Virus record (IMG/VR): IMGVR_UViG_643348551_000006
Coordinates: 1 to 48,119 of that record
Strand: one strand, 5' to 3'
DNA: 48,119 nucleotides
From: a virus
Taxonomy: Duplodnaviria > Heunggongvirae > Uroviricota > Caudoviricetes
Positions 21,296 through 29,963 of the stretch are shown here, in pieces. A program made the position numbers and the translations under genes. Within the stretch, counting starts at the first letter, position 1; each line of letters begins with the position of its first letter. A model generated the notes under the pieces. The model ran no database searches and had not been told where the DNA came from. It saw only the letters and a program-made list of their open reading frames with translations.

Positions 21296-22795
21296 TCAGT
21301 TACCAGGCATCGCATGCAGTGCTGTCACTTCAGCATCATCCCCGACAGCACCACCTCCGACAGCTTTCGGCGAATACATCCCCATAAAACGTTCAAACGC
21401 CCGTGCTGTGGCATCTGAAACTGGCGCAGCCTTATCCGGTGCTGCGGCCAGTATGTCGCGGGCAGCCTTCGCCGTCATGCCGGGAAAAGCGGCCAGTTTT
21501 TCAGCCTGTGCCTCAGCCCCTTTTGCCTCATCCAGGGCCATGATCTGATCACGGAGTGAAGATCCGGCATCCGCCTGCGGTGAAGCAGCCAGAATCGGGC
21601 GGGCTTTTTCCACGGTCATATCCGGCATCGCAGCCAGCGTTGCCGCCAGCTGTTCACGACCTTTCGCCTCTTCACACGCCATAATGCGATCGGCCTCACT
21701 CTGTACAGACTCAGCAGATTGTTGTGGTGCAGCCACGGCCAGAATCGCCCGCGCCTGTTCAACGCTCACCCCCTGTTGTCCTGCCAGCATCGTGGCAAGC
21801 TGTTCACGTCCCTTCGCTTCCTGACACGTCAGGATCCCCATCACTCGCTGGTTCTCCTGCGCAGCGGCTTCCATTGCAGTTAATTGCGGCATAGTGCCTC
21901 CTGTATCGTGTGTGTTCAGCGCCGCATCCATCACTGTGATGGCATCTGACGCATTGATTAATTCATCCGCCAGTCCGATATCTATTCCGGCCTGACCGTC
22001 ATAAACGGCGGCTTCAGTACTCATCACCGCCTCAGAACTCATGCCTGTATAAAGCGCCACCTTGTCAACAAACATCTGGCGTGCTTCATCAATACGTCGT
22101 TGAAAATCCGCACACACACCTGCCGGCAATGCCTGAATGCAGTTGCCGTCAACCTTGTGCTTACCAGAGTAAATCAGCGTGATATCCACCCCTTCCTGTG
22201 CCAGTTGTTTCTCGTAACTGGTATGCGCCATCATCACACCAATCGAACCAATTTTTGCCGTTTGTGTGACCAGACGACGCGTACAGGCCGCCGCCAGTAA
22301 CATAGCTGCAGAACAGGCCATCTCATTGCACAACGCCCAGACTGGTTTTTTCTCCCGGAGGCGGTAAATCATGTCGGCACAGTCAAACGCCCCGGCAGCC
22401 TGCCCTCCGGGACTGTCAATGTCCAGCAGTACCCCCCGGACCGAGGGATCCACCATTGCCTGCTGAAGGCAGGCGACAATGCCGTCATAGCCAGTCATTC
22501 CGGAAAACGGCCGCATTCCACCCAGCCGATGAACCAGCGTGCCTGTCACCGGCAGAATGGCAATGCCGTTCACTACGCGGTAAACACGGGCCGATCGTTT
22601 ACCTCCGGCCATGTACTCATCCGTTTCAGCCAGCATCTCAGGGGCATCAAGGTGTACCTGTTGCTGAGGTACCGAAAGGCTTGTTGCGCCCATCTCACGC
22701 CCCAGTGCACAAAAGAAAACCCGCGCATAGGCGGGTTCCAGAAGAAGCGGTGCATTGAATGCTGCAGCAATAATGTGTGAAAGATTACGTCTCAT
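21296..22795 (-). CDS. C: Head maturation protease C (ClpP/S49-type) with C-terminal scaffold (Nu3-like) region carrying three tandem repeats of about 47 aa
   Basis: N-terminal ...GIAILPVTGTLVHRLGG...DSPGGQAAGAFD... S49 protease features as in lambda gpC; C-terminal repeats xEEAKGREQLAxxLAxxPxMTVEKARxILA x3. A Nu3-like scaffold is probably made from an internal in-frame start. Confidence 0.85.
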   Translation of the reverse strand: MRRNLSHIIAAAFNAPLLLEPAYARVFFCALGREMGATSLSVPQQQVHLDAPEMLAETDEYMAGGKRSARVYRVVNGIAILPVTGTLVHRLGGMRPFSGMTGYDGIVACLQQAMVDPSVRGVLLDIDSPGGQAAGAFDCADMIYRLREKKPVWALCNEMACSAAMLLAAACTRRLVTQTAKIGSIGVMMAHTSYEKQLAQEGVDITLIYSGKHKVDGNCIQALPAGVCADFQRRIDEARQMFVDKVALYTGMSSEAVMSTEAAVYDGQAGIDIGLADELINASDAITVMDAALNTHDTGGTMPQLTAMEAAAQENQRVMGILTCQEAKGREQLATMLAGQQGVSVEQARAILAVAAPQQSAESVQSEADRIMACEEAKGREQLAATLAAMPDMTVEKARPILAASPQADAGSSLRDQIMALDEAKGAEAQAEKLAAFPGMTAKAARDILAAAPDKAAPVSDATARAFERFMGMYSPKAVGGGAVGDDAEVTALHAMPGN

Positions 22796-24377
22796 GTGGT
22801 GTTGCCTCCTCTTCCGGCCTGCGGCTATCCGCTATCTGCTGCTGATACGTCTGTGCTATCCACACCGGACGGGAGAGCCCGGCTTTTTCCCGCTCTGTGG
22901 ATTCCCTGACCTGCTGGCGGAAAATGTCCTGATAATCTTCCCCCATCAGTGCCAGCTCTTTCTCATACGTACTCAGTCCGGCCTCAATGCGCATCACTGA
23001 TTCCTGGACTTCCTTGAGCCCGTCAATGGCCATTCTTCCGGAGCCAATCCACTCTGCCCGTGACCAGGCTGAACGCGCCTGATAAAAATCAAAACGTGCC
23101 CGTGGCGGACGAATAATCCCCCGAAGAAGCGCCTCTTCCAGCCAGCAGGAAAACATCTGCGTAGCCAGCCGGGACGCAATAAATTTTCGTCGTCCCATAA
23201 AATAGCGCCACGACTCATTGGCTGAGGCACGGGCACTTGAGTAACTGACCTTCGAGTAATCACGGGAAAGCTGTTCGTAGGAAACGCCCAGACCGGCGGC
23301 GATATATCGCAGCAGCGCCTGTTCAAGTGCCGAAAATCCATTGTCTGAATCCTGCGCCGTCTGCAGGTTCAGCGCATCACCGGGGAAAAGGTGCGGAATT
23401 TTAACACCGCCCAGCGTCACGTTATTCATGTCATACCAGCGGGTAAACTTCTCCAGAATATTAATGAGCGGATTATCCTGCTGACCTTCCGGTGCACCCG
23501 CGATATATTCAAATGCCTTTTCGGTATCAAGTTCACTTTCGATCGTGGCAGCATACATCGCCTTCACAATGGCCGACTGAAGCTGTGTGGCCTGCAGGGA
23601 ATCGAGCATCTTCAGACGCTCCATGACGCTGTAGAACTGATTAGCTCCACGGGTCTGCCCGTCCTCTACCGGTTCAAAGATATGCAACATGGCCGGACGC
23701 CCGGTGGGAAGTTCACGGGGGATCCGCTCCCAGCGCCCACTACCAGAGAACGGAAAATCATCTTCACAGACATGATAGGCCTGTGCCCTGCCGCACCGGT
23801 CCATTTCCACCCCGGCCCGCAGAAAGCGGTTTCCCATACCATGCCCTGGTGTGTCCACCCGTTTCGGACTCACGGCTTTAAAACGCGTACGAAATAACTG
23901 TGTACTTTCCGCATCCCAGACCGGCTGCACAAAGATTTCGCCGTTAAAGGCATGCACTCCCACACCTTCACGAATAAACTCCGTAAACGTGCGTTTACCT
24001 TCAGCGTCGATTTCGCCAAACATCCCTTCCGCATATTCCGACCAGGCTGTCTCCACCTCATCGACAAAGTTCTTTGCCGAACTCTCCCGCATCCCCAGCC
24101 AGCGCCAGTTGGGACGATAGCTGATAAGAAACATGTGCCCGACTATGTGATCCTTATGCAGTGCCACCGCATTGGCCGCAATGCCGTTATTGCGTACCAG
24201 ATCATCGGCACGGGCATTACCCAGACGCAACGCGGGTAGCAGGGCTGCATCTGCACTCTGAGCCGGTGGCAACCATTCCGCCATTTGCCCACCAAATCCT
24301 GCACCACCACCGCTGTAGCTGAGACTCTCACGAAGCGGAGCGCCATTCACATCAATCAGGACAGGCGCACGTTTCAT
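22785..24377 (-). CDS. B: Portal protein B; start at MKRAPVLIDVNG
   Basis: MKRAPVLIDVNGAPLRESLSYSGGGAGFGGQMAEWLPPAQSADAALLPALRLGNARADDLVRNNGIAANA... near-identical to lambda gpB. Confidence 0.95.
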   Translation of the reverse strand: MKRAPVLIDVNGAPLRESLSYSGGGAGFGGQMAEWLPPAQSADAALLPALRLGNARADDLVRNNGIAANAVALHKDHIVGHMFLISYRPNWRWLGMRESSAKNFVDEVETAWSEYAEGMFGEIDAEGKRTFTEFIREGVGVHAFNGEIFVQPVWDAESTQLFRTRFKAVSPKRVDTPGHGMGNRFLRAGVEMDRCGRAQAYHVCEDDFPFSGSGRWERIPRELPTGRPAMLHIFEPVEDGQTRGANQFYSVMERLKMLDSLQATQLQSAIVKAMYAATIESELDTEKAFEYIAGAPEGQQDNPLINILEKFTRWYDMNNVTLGGVKIPHLFPGDALNLQTAQDSDNGFSALEQALLRYIAAGLGVSYEQLSRDYSKVSYSSARASANESWRYFMGRRKFIASRLATQMFSCWLEEALLRGIIRPPRARFDFYQARSAWSRAEWIGSGRMAIDGLKEVQESVMRIEAGLSTYEKELALMGEDYQDIFRQQVRESTEREKAGLSRPVWIAQTYQQQIADSRRPEEEATPHET

Positions 24378-24580
24378 AACCTCACTCCCAGCGGACGACG
24401 ACGGCGGCAAGTTGTGCCGAGTACGGCCTCCGCATCATTGATCGCACGGTTAAGTTCATCCAGAGAAGCTGCCGTATATTCAATTCTTCGACCATCTTTC
24501 TGTACCGACACCACCCGTTTACCGGTTAATAAATCAAGGCGTGCCTGACGCAGTGCCTTCAGTTCATCAATAGTTACCAT
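24374..24580 (-). CDS. W: Head-tail joining protein W
   Basis: 68 aa MVTIDELKALRQARLDLLTGKRVVSVQKDGRRIEYTAASLDELNRAINDAE..., same length as lambda gpW. Confidence 0.9.
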   Translation of the reverse strand: MVTIDELKALRQARLDLLTGKRVVSVQKDGRRIEYTAASLDELNRAINDAEAVLGTTCRRRRPLGVRL

Positions 24581-26495
24581 TCACTCCTCCGGACAGTTTT
24601 GCTGCCAGTTCTTCAAGGGTTGGCCGGACAGTTTCCTTCTCCCGGGATTTTGCCAGTACAGCCAGATCAAGCTGCCAGCGTTGCACGGACACACGTAATG
24701 CCGCGTAGGCATACACCAGGCAGTCCAGCGCTTCGTTACGCCGCTTTTTGTTATCCCACAGCAGACGCATCTTCCCTTTTTCCCACTTCTCCACGAGCTC
24801 TTCCGCCACCAGTTGCTGCGCCTCTGTCTGCGAAAAAATCTCCGGATCATCAGGAAAACGGATGGCATACGACGTGGCTTCATCCGCAGGCGTGGGAGCG
24901 GACTTCATACGGGCATAGAGAATTTCTTTTGCGGTGTCCGTCCCCACCTCACACAGATAAACACCCCGCTGATTGCGAGTTTTCGGCATGGTGATCACTG
25001 GCTTGCCATAGACAGAAGCGCCTTTTACCGGCAACACCCGAAAAACACCGTGTTTTTTTGATCTCCGATAAACTATTTCACCATCGATCCCCCCGATGTC
25101 CCAGCAGACACGGGAAATGGACATTTCGGTACCATCTGCATGGCAGTATTTTTTGTTGATCGCCGCATCCACACGTAACAGCGTCTCTTCCTCATCAGGA
25201 CGCCCCATAATGATGATTTTATCCACCAGAAAGGCTTCCTCTCCCGGAGCCCATCCCCAGACATACATCTCAAAACGGTTTCGCTGAGAGTCAATGCCCG
25301 CCGTCAGATAAACCACCCGAAAAGGCACCGCAGCCGTGTAACGCACAACCTTATCCATCAGTGCCTGGTAATCGAGTTTTTCACCCACAGCCTCTTCGTA
25401 GGTCTCTCCCAGCGTGGTGTTAATAAATGTCTTGACGCCGTTCGGATCTTTCAGCGCATCCAGCCAGTCGTAGACAATCTGCACCCAGGTGGTGAACGGG
25501 CTATAGGCCGTCCAGATGTGGTACGTGATGGAGCGCGGTGGCGGCATCTCCTCATCACTGGCACTGAAAAATGCCAGACCGTCACGCGTCCACATCCCGG
25601 TATTGTCACAAATCCAGCGTCCGTCGATCTGGTCAAGTTCCGACTGCCGGATCACACAGCCATTATGTTCACACAGGTAATACACCGTTTCCGGTTTACC
25701 CTTCTCCCATTTCAGGCCAAACGGCGTCGCATCATCACCAAACTTCAGATACTGGATCTCCCCGCAATGAGGGCAAGGAACATAAAACCGCATGAAATGC
25801 GCAGATTCATTCGCGGCTTTCTCAATCTGACAGGAGCCTTTAATTTTTGGCGTTGAACCGCGTATGGACTTAGGCCATACCGAGCCTTCAATACGTTTAT
25901 CACCAAGCAGCGTCGGCGAACCTTCTTTTTCCACATCCGGTTCAAACGAGGAGAGTTCGTCATAGCAGACCACATCCACAGATTTTTCACGGTAATTTTT
26001 GGCAGCAGCTCCCCCCAGGCACCAGAACCCCACACCGGAGGAAAAACGCTTCAGGGTGAGCGTGTTGTCACGATGTTTTCTGCCCAGCCACGGAGACAAC
26101 GCTTTAAGGCAGGGGACATCCCGCAATGTTGCTTCCACATGCGCTTTCATAAAATCTTCAGCGGCAGAATCAGTAGGCTGGAAAAGCAGGCTGTTACGGG
26201 ATTTATGCTCTATAAAATACCCGACCACACCCAGCAACATTTTGGTGTAGCCCACGCGCGCCGATTTAATCAGATTAATGGTACGGATCTGGTCGTTACC
26301 CATGCTATTCATGATAGCGACCTGAAATGGCAGGGTTTTCCATTCCCCCTCACCATATGACGATTCTTTAGGCAGGTAATAATTTTGATCTGCCCATTCA
26401 ACTGCCGTTACTGGCAATGCCCTTACCAGCGGCTGCAACGCAGTTCTGACAGCCCGGGCCATATTATTCAGTTGTTGTCTGGATATACTCATCAA
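24567..26495 (-). CDS. A: Terminase large subunit A
   Basis: 642 aa; ...AVEWADQNYYLPKESSYGEGEWKTLPFQ...GDKRIEGSVWPKSIRGSTPK...TAYSPFTTWVQIV..., lambda gpA homologue. Confidence 0.95.
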   Translation of the reverse strand: MMSISRQQLNNMARAVRTALQPLVRALPVTAVEWADQNYYLPKESSYGEGEWKTLPFQVAIMNSMGNDQIRTINLIKSARVGYTKMLLGVVGYFIEHKSRNSLLFQPTDSAAEDFMKAHVEATLRDVPCLKALSPWLGRKHRDNTLTLKRFSSGVGFWCLGGAAAKNYREKSVDVVCYDELSSFEPDVEKEGSPTLLGDKRIEGSVWPKSIRGSTPKIKGSCQIEKAANESAHFMRFYVPCPHCGEIQYLKFGDDATPFGLKWEKGKPETVYYLCEHNGCVIRQSELDQIDGRWICDNTGMWTRDGLAFFSASDEEMPPPRSITYHIWTAYSPFTTWVQIVYDWLDALKDPNGVKTFINTTLGETYEEAVGEKLDYQALMDKVVRYTAAVPFRVVYLTAGIDSQRNRFEMYVWGWAPGEEAFLVDKIIIMGRPDEEETLLRVDAAINKKYCHADGTEMSISRVCWDIGGIDGEIVYRRSKKHGVFRVLPVKGASVYGKPVITMPKTRNQRGVYLCEVGTDTAKEILYARMKSAPTPADEATSYAIRFPDDPEIFSQTEAQQLVAEELVEKWEKGKMRLLWDNKKRRNEALDCLVYAYAALRVSVQRWQLDLAVLAKSREKETVRPTLEELAAKLSGGVNGNY

Positions 26496-26970
26496 GTAAC
26501 TCCGGTAATTTATCCCCTGCCCGTGCGCACTGATTTGCTCCCTTTGCGATAAGGGTTTTCAGATGATCAATGTGACGCGGAGTTAAATCAGGGAACTGTC
26601 GTTGCATGGATAAAGGAATGGAATCAAGCGTACTGGACAATGCCATCGCCAGCTTACTGAGAGCAAAAACACAGAACTCTGAATCAACAAGTTTTCCTTC
26701 TGTTACCTGATTTTTAAGTTTTTGCGCTACGGTCTGTTCTTCAGTCAGTTCAGCTCTGGCGCGGAGCAATCTTTCCTCCAGATCACTCTCGTCATCACGT
26801 GTTTTCTGATTTTGTTGTCGCCTTTCGCGATCTATCTCCAGTACGGTTTTAACGTCATAAAAAACTTCCCTCCCCCGACGCTCAACAGGAGGAACGCCCC
26901 ATTTATCAAATGCCTGAACGGATATACCGATAGAGGAGGCCATATCGCTTTTATTCAATAAAAAGGCCAT
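26464..26970 (-). CDS. Nu1: Terminase small subunit Nu1 (winged-HTH N-terminus); start inferred at MAFLLNK (alternative 26988)
   Basis: C-terminal ...SEFCVFALSKLAMALSSTLDSIPLSMQRQFPDLTPRHIDHLK... aligns with lambda Nu1; about 200 nt downstream of cos as in lambda. The track ORF starts further upstream at 27075. Confidence 0.85.
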   Translation of the reverse strand: MAFLLNKSDMASSIGISVQAFDKWGVPPVERRGREVFYDVKTVLEIDRERRQQNQKTRDDESDLEERLLRARAELTEEQTVAQKLKNQVTEGKLVDSEFCVFALSKLAMALSSTLDSIPLSMQRQFPDLTPRHIDHLKTLIAKGANQCARAGDKLPELLDEYIQTTTE

Positions 26971-27159
26971 CTCCTCTCCATAAGTCATCGATAAAAAGCG
27001 ATACAACAACCATGCGTTTTTGCAAAAACGTTTGATCTTGTTGATGTTTTTTACATTAACGACATCAAAAAACACCGTCAGGTTGTTGTATTTATTTGAT
27101 TTTTATCTTACTTATCAATGAGATATAGCAAACAATTAAACAACACCCCCCCCTCAAAA

Positions 27160-27205
27160 AATTTCATAAATAGCGAAAACCCGCGCGCCTGCCGCCCCGT
27201 GGAAG
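27160..27205 (-). other. cos site (cosN and flanks) homologous to lambda cos
   Basis: Minus strand reads ACGGGGCGGCAGGCGCGCGGGTTTTCGCTATTTATGAAA, against lambda ACGGGGCGGCGACCTCGCGGGTTTTCGCTATTTATGAAAA. The 12-nt cohesive-end equivalent is GGGCGGCAGGCG, about 27186..27197. Confidence 0.8.
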
Positions 27206-27614
27206 GCCTCCCCACCGGAAGGACCCACACAAATGAGAGCGTTTATCATTAACATTTGCAGATAAGATGACGTACATCATTGAAACGCCATTCAGCCATA
27301 TACCGGCAGCATTCGTAGTTGCACTCCGTAACTCTGCGACTAAGGTTAAAAACATGGCCCTCTTTTGCCACCGGCAAATCTTCAATGGATTTCCCCTGCC
27401 GGTTTTTTATTTTCGTCGATGCATAACATTGCATTTACATCAATAGCGGCTATTGTCATTAGTATGTTGCATCAATGCATGGGTGGTATTGGCGGTCTTC
27501 GCCGGCCGCTTCTGTGTAGCTGCTCCCTGTGACCGGTTTTTTATTTCTCACATTACAGCAACCCCTTAGAGTGAAGGGCTGCTGTAATGCCTGTTACTCA
27601 GTAACTACCGCACC

Positions 27615-27923
27615 TTACGGTAATTTCATGAAGGCAAATACCGGACAGCCCGGATGACGAGCATCTTCTGTTGCTTCCAGCATTGACTCACCAAACCACT
27701 CCGTCGTGGCGCGACCGTCAGCTGCTTTGTAGTGGATCAAGTACTGGTTTTCGCCATCCGCATACTGCGCACGGGCTTTAACCTCACCCCATTCATCACT
27801 GATGCGCATCTCCACCAGTTGAGACAACTCAAACTTAAACGGAGCAGCATCAGCACCAATTACAATCGGTTTGTTTTCTGTTTTTCCATCATCGTCTCCT
27901 GATATCGAAGCCCGTCGCCGCAC
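27615..27923 (-). CDS. Hypothetical soluble protein (102 aa) between the lysis cassette and cos
   Basis: ORF-track ORF in the late-operon orientation; no motif recognised by eye; start uncertain. Confidence 0.4.
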   Translation of the reverse strand: MRRRASISGDDDGKTENKPIVIGADAAPFKFELSQLVEMRISDEWGEVKARAQYADGENQYLIHYKAADGRATTEWFGESMLEATEDARHPGCPVFAFMKLP

Positions 27924-28063
27924 CGGGCACTGATCAACATTTGAGTATTCGCGGCGACAGAAAGAATTTATTTTATTGAATAGCCACTAACACAGAATTT
28001 CATGCTTTCCGGACGCTGGCGCGCCCTTCATTTTTCAGCAAAATATTCCGCTATTACAGATGA

Positions 28064-28246
28064 TCAGTTCTGCAGACACTGCCGAACGCCATCGATAAGC
28101 TGGCAGACCTGAGAAGCCGTATCGAAAAGCTGGCGCGCCTTATCCAGGCTGACGCATCCCACCAATAAAAAAGGCACCAGTATCGCTACCAGTGCCCATT
28201 TCGCCGCCGTTCGCGGCATTCTGTGTGTCCAGTGTTTTCTGCTCAT
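28064..28246 (-). CDS. Small lipoprotein (lipobox LLVGC) overlapping the endolysin 3' end; possible o-spanin-like or lysis accessory protein
   Basis: MSRKHWTHRMPRTAAKWALVAILVPFLLVGC followed by a ~30-aa mature part with 2 Cys; position matches Rz/Rz1 but no i-spanin partner is evident. Confidence 0.45.
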   Translation of the reverse strand: MSRKHWTHRMPRTAAKWALVAILVPFLLVGCVSLDKARQLFDTASQVCQLIDGVRQCLQN

Positions 28247-28260
28247 AACACACCTGGTTA

Positions 28261-28647
28261 TCAGCGTTTCAACTGAAAGTGAGGCCCGTCTTTCAGTGTT
28301 TTCCAGTCCCCACCCCATTCGATGGCAGTTCCCAGCTCTGCGGCAGCCTGCTTAAATGCCTGCGCGATTTTCTCGTACAGAGGCCAGTCCCATGACACCT
28401 GGCTGCCAATGTAGGCCACAACATCCACCGCATCACCTGTAAGGTGGCGGCTGTTCATGGTCTGGCTTTTCCCTGCCGCTACCAGCTGTTTCTGGCGATA
28501 CTTACTGCGCAGACCTTCCGTGATACCAAAATCAACCTCCGTCAGCTCCAGCGCACGGCGAACGACAGCAACCAGCTGTGGTTTGACGCCCTCCAGATTT
28601 TTTTCACTGCGACGGCTGAATCTGAATTTACCCGGCATCATATTCAC
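28261..28647 (-). CDS. Endolysin, peptidase M15-type (L-alanyl-D-glutamate / D-Ala-D-Ala peptidase fold)
   Basis: 128 aa with zinc-ligand motifs SRHLTGDAVD ... DGPHFQL characteristic of M15 peptidases; lies downstream of holin-like genes. Confidence 0.85.
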   Translation of the reverse strand: MNMMPGKFRFSRRSEKNLEGVKPQLVAVVRRALELTEVDFGITEGLRSKYRQKQLVAAGKSQTMNSRHLTGDAVDVVAYIGSQVSWDWPLYEKIAQAFKQAAAELGTAIEWGGDWKTLKDGPHFQLKR

Positions 28648-28919
28648 CTCAACAATGGAAAGATTTTTGTGACGTTCCCGCGTGCGCGTATCACCAGCAC
28701 GCAGAACAGCAGGTTAAAAAACACTTCCAGCCAGCCCGTTGCTAACGGGCGACCACACAGATAGCTGAGGGGCGCAAAGGCATACAGCAGCATCAGCAGC
28801 CAGGCCAGCCATGACATCAGCGGTTTGTGTCTGGAGTCACGACGACGATAAAAAAAGAGCGTCAGCACGATAACCGTGCATAACGCCACATTCAGTAATC
28901 CGGGAAGGTTACTTAACAT
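28644..28919 (-). CDS. Small membrane protein (91 aa, 2-3 TM) between holin and endolysin; possible second holin or antiholin
   Basis: Strongly hydrophobic segments (LLNVALCTVIVLTLFF, WLAWLLMLLYAFAPL, FFNLLFCVLVI); start overlaps the preceding gene's stop. Confidence 0.45.
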   Translation of the reverse strand: MLSNLPGLLNVALCTVIVLTLFFYRRRDSRHKPLMSWLAWLLMLLYAFAPLSYLCGRPLATGWLEVFFNLLFCVLVIRARGNVTKIFPLLR

Positions 28920-29301
28920 TGCCGCCTCCTCCGCCCCGCAGGCGCGAGAACAGGCCGGACACCAGTGATGCGATATCCTGCTGGTGGATGAACGACAGAA
29001 TCTTCACCGACACCACCGCCACCAGCACCGCACACAGTGCATCCGCAGATGTACCGTCATAACCTGTTTTTGATGCAATCCAGGCTGACAGTACACGCGC
29101 CCCCAGTACACCAACAATGAACGACACCAGAAAATGTGCCGCCACACGCCAGGCTGAAATCTTCTGCGGCATCGTTGCCACAAACAACGCCCCGGCGAAC
29201 GCACCAAACACAATCCCGAAATCCGTTCCGGTAAACAGCCCGAATACCGTCGCCCCGCCGAGCGCCGCAGCCGTGCCGGAACCGGATAAGGGTTCAGACA
29301 T
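28909..29301 (-). CDS. Holin-like membrane protein; start at MSEPLSGSG
   Basis: About 130 aa with 3-4 TM segments (GGATVFGLFTGTDFGIVFGAFAGALFVA...) and charged Gly-rich C-terminus; AGGAG RBS 8 nt upstream; first gene of the lysis cassette. Confidence 0.6.
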   Translation of the reverse strand: MSEPLSGSGTAAALGGATVFGLFTGTDFGIVFGAFAGALFVATMPQKISAWRVAAHFLVSFIVGVLGARVLSAWIASKTGYDGTSADALCAVLVAVVSVKILSFIHQQDIASLVSGLFSRLRGGGGGNVK

Positions 29302-29316
29302 ACTTTTTCTCCTGTA

Positions 29317-29341
29317 AATAAAAAAGGGCCACCAACGGCCC
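29317..29341 (-). terminator. Rho-independent terminator immediately upstream of the holin RBS
   Basis: Minus strand GGGCCGTTGGTGGCCC then TTTTTTATTT, then AGGAG and the holin ATG. Confidence 0.5.
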
Positions 29342-29388
29342 ATAAAAACACCCCATCAAAGGCACCCGCAGATGCCTTTTGTGTGGTG

Positions 29389-29541
29389 TTATTCAGATTT
29401 ACGCAGTAAAGGCCGGAGCACGACCAGCGCCATCGCCACCAGCACACCATCTGCCAGCACCGACATCAGCCGTCCGGTGAAATCCACCACCACTACCAGA
29501 AACAGCAGGATGGCAGCCAGCACAAGGCGCGCACTTTTCAC
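29389..29541 (-). CDS. Small hydrophobic ORF (~50 aa, GTG start overlapping the TerB-like stop as GTGA)
   Basis: Hand translation VKSARLVLAAILLFLVVVVDFTGRLMSVLADGVLVAMALVVLRPLLRKSE; below the ORF-track size cutoff; overlap suggests translational coupling. Confidence 0.25.
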   Translation of the reverse strand: MKSARLVLAAILLFLVVVVDFTGRLMSVLADGVLVAMALVVLRPLLRKSE

Positions 29542-29963
29542 AGGTACTGCTCCAGCGGCAACTGCAACGCCTGTGCAATTTTCTTGAGCTGCACTTCTTC
29601 ATCAGGACCGATGCCGTCCTGGTCAGCAATATCCAGACACAGACACAGCACGTTAACTGCATCATCAGTACCGGCAACATCAGCCAGCTGACGAAGGGCT
29701 TCGGCATTGGCAGAACGCGGTGACGCTTCATAACGGGCGCGGATATTTGCACTCATTTGTGCAATCTCACCCGAGAACGGCGCAAAGGCAGGAAGTGCTG
29801 CAATGGTTTTCTCCAGCACAGCGATTTCTTTCGCATCACAGGTGCCGTCGGCGAATGCTATGGAATACGCACCCCAGACGGTCGCCTCCACTGCATCGCG
29901 GTTCTCCATCTTCTTCACTTCGGTAATGGCCTTGCGGGTTTTCTTTTTGAAAATACCAAACAT
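29538..29963 (-). CDS. TerB-like (tellurite-resistance TerB family) protein
   Basis: 141 aa; ...AYSIAFADGTCDAKEIAVLEKTIAALP...NVLCLCLDIADQDGIGPDEEVQLKKIAQALQLP resembles TerB-domain proteins. Assignment by eye, moderate. Confidence 0.6.
   Translation of the reverse strand: MFGIFKKKTRKAITEVKKMENRDAVEATVWGAYSIAFADGTCDAKEIAVLEKTIAALPAFAPFSGEIAQMSANIRARYEASPRSANAEALRQLADVAGTDDAVNVLCLCLDIADQDGIGPDEEVQLKKIAQALQLPLEQYL

Noticed and set aside
20502-21548. 348-aa plus-strand ORF opposite the D and E genes
   Set aside because: Antisense to conserved capsid genes; no independent support.
29004-29450. 148-aa ORF (MVCWWRWRW...) overlapping the holin-like gene in another frame
   Set aside because: Trp/Arg/Cys-rich alternative frame of a hydrophobic gene; the holin frame has an RBS and sensible TM topology.
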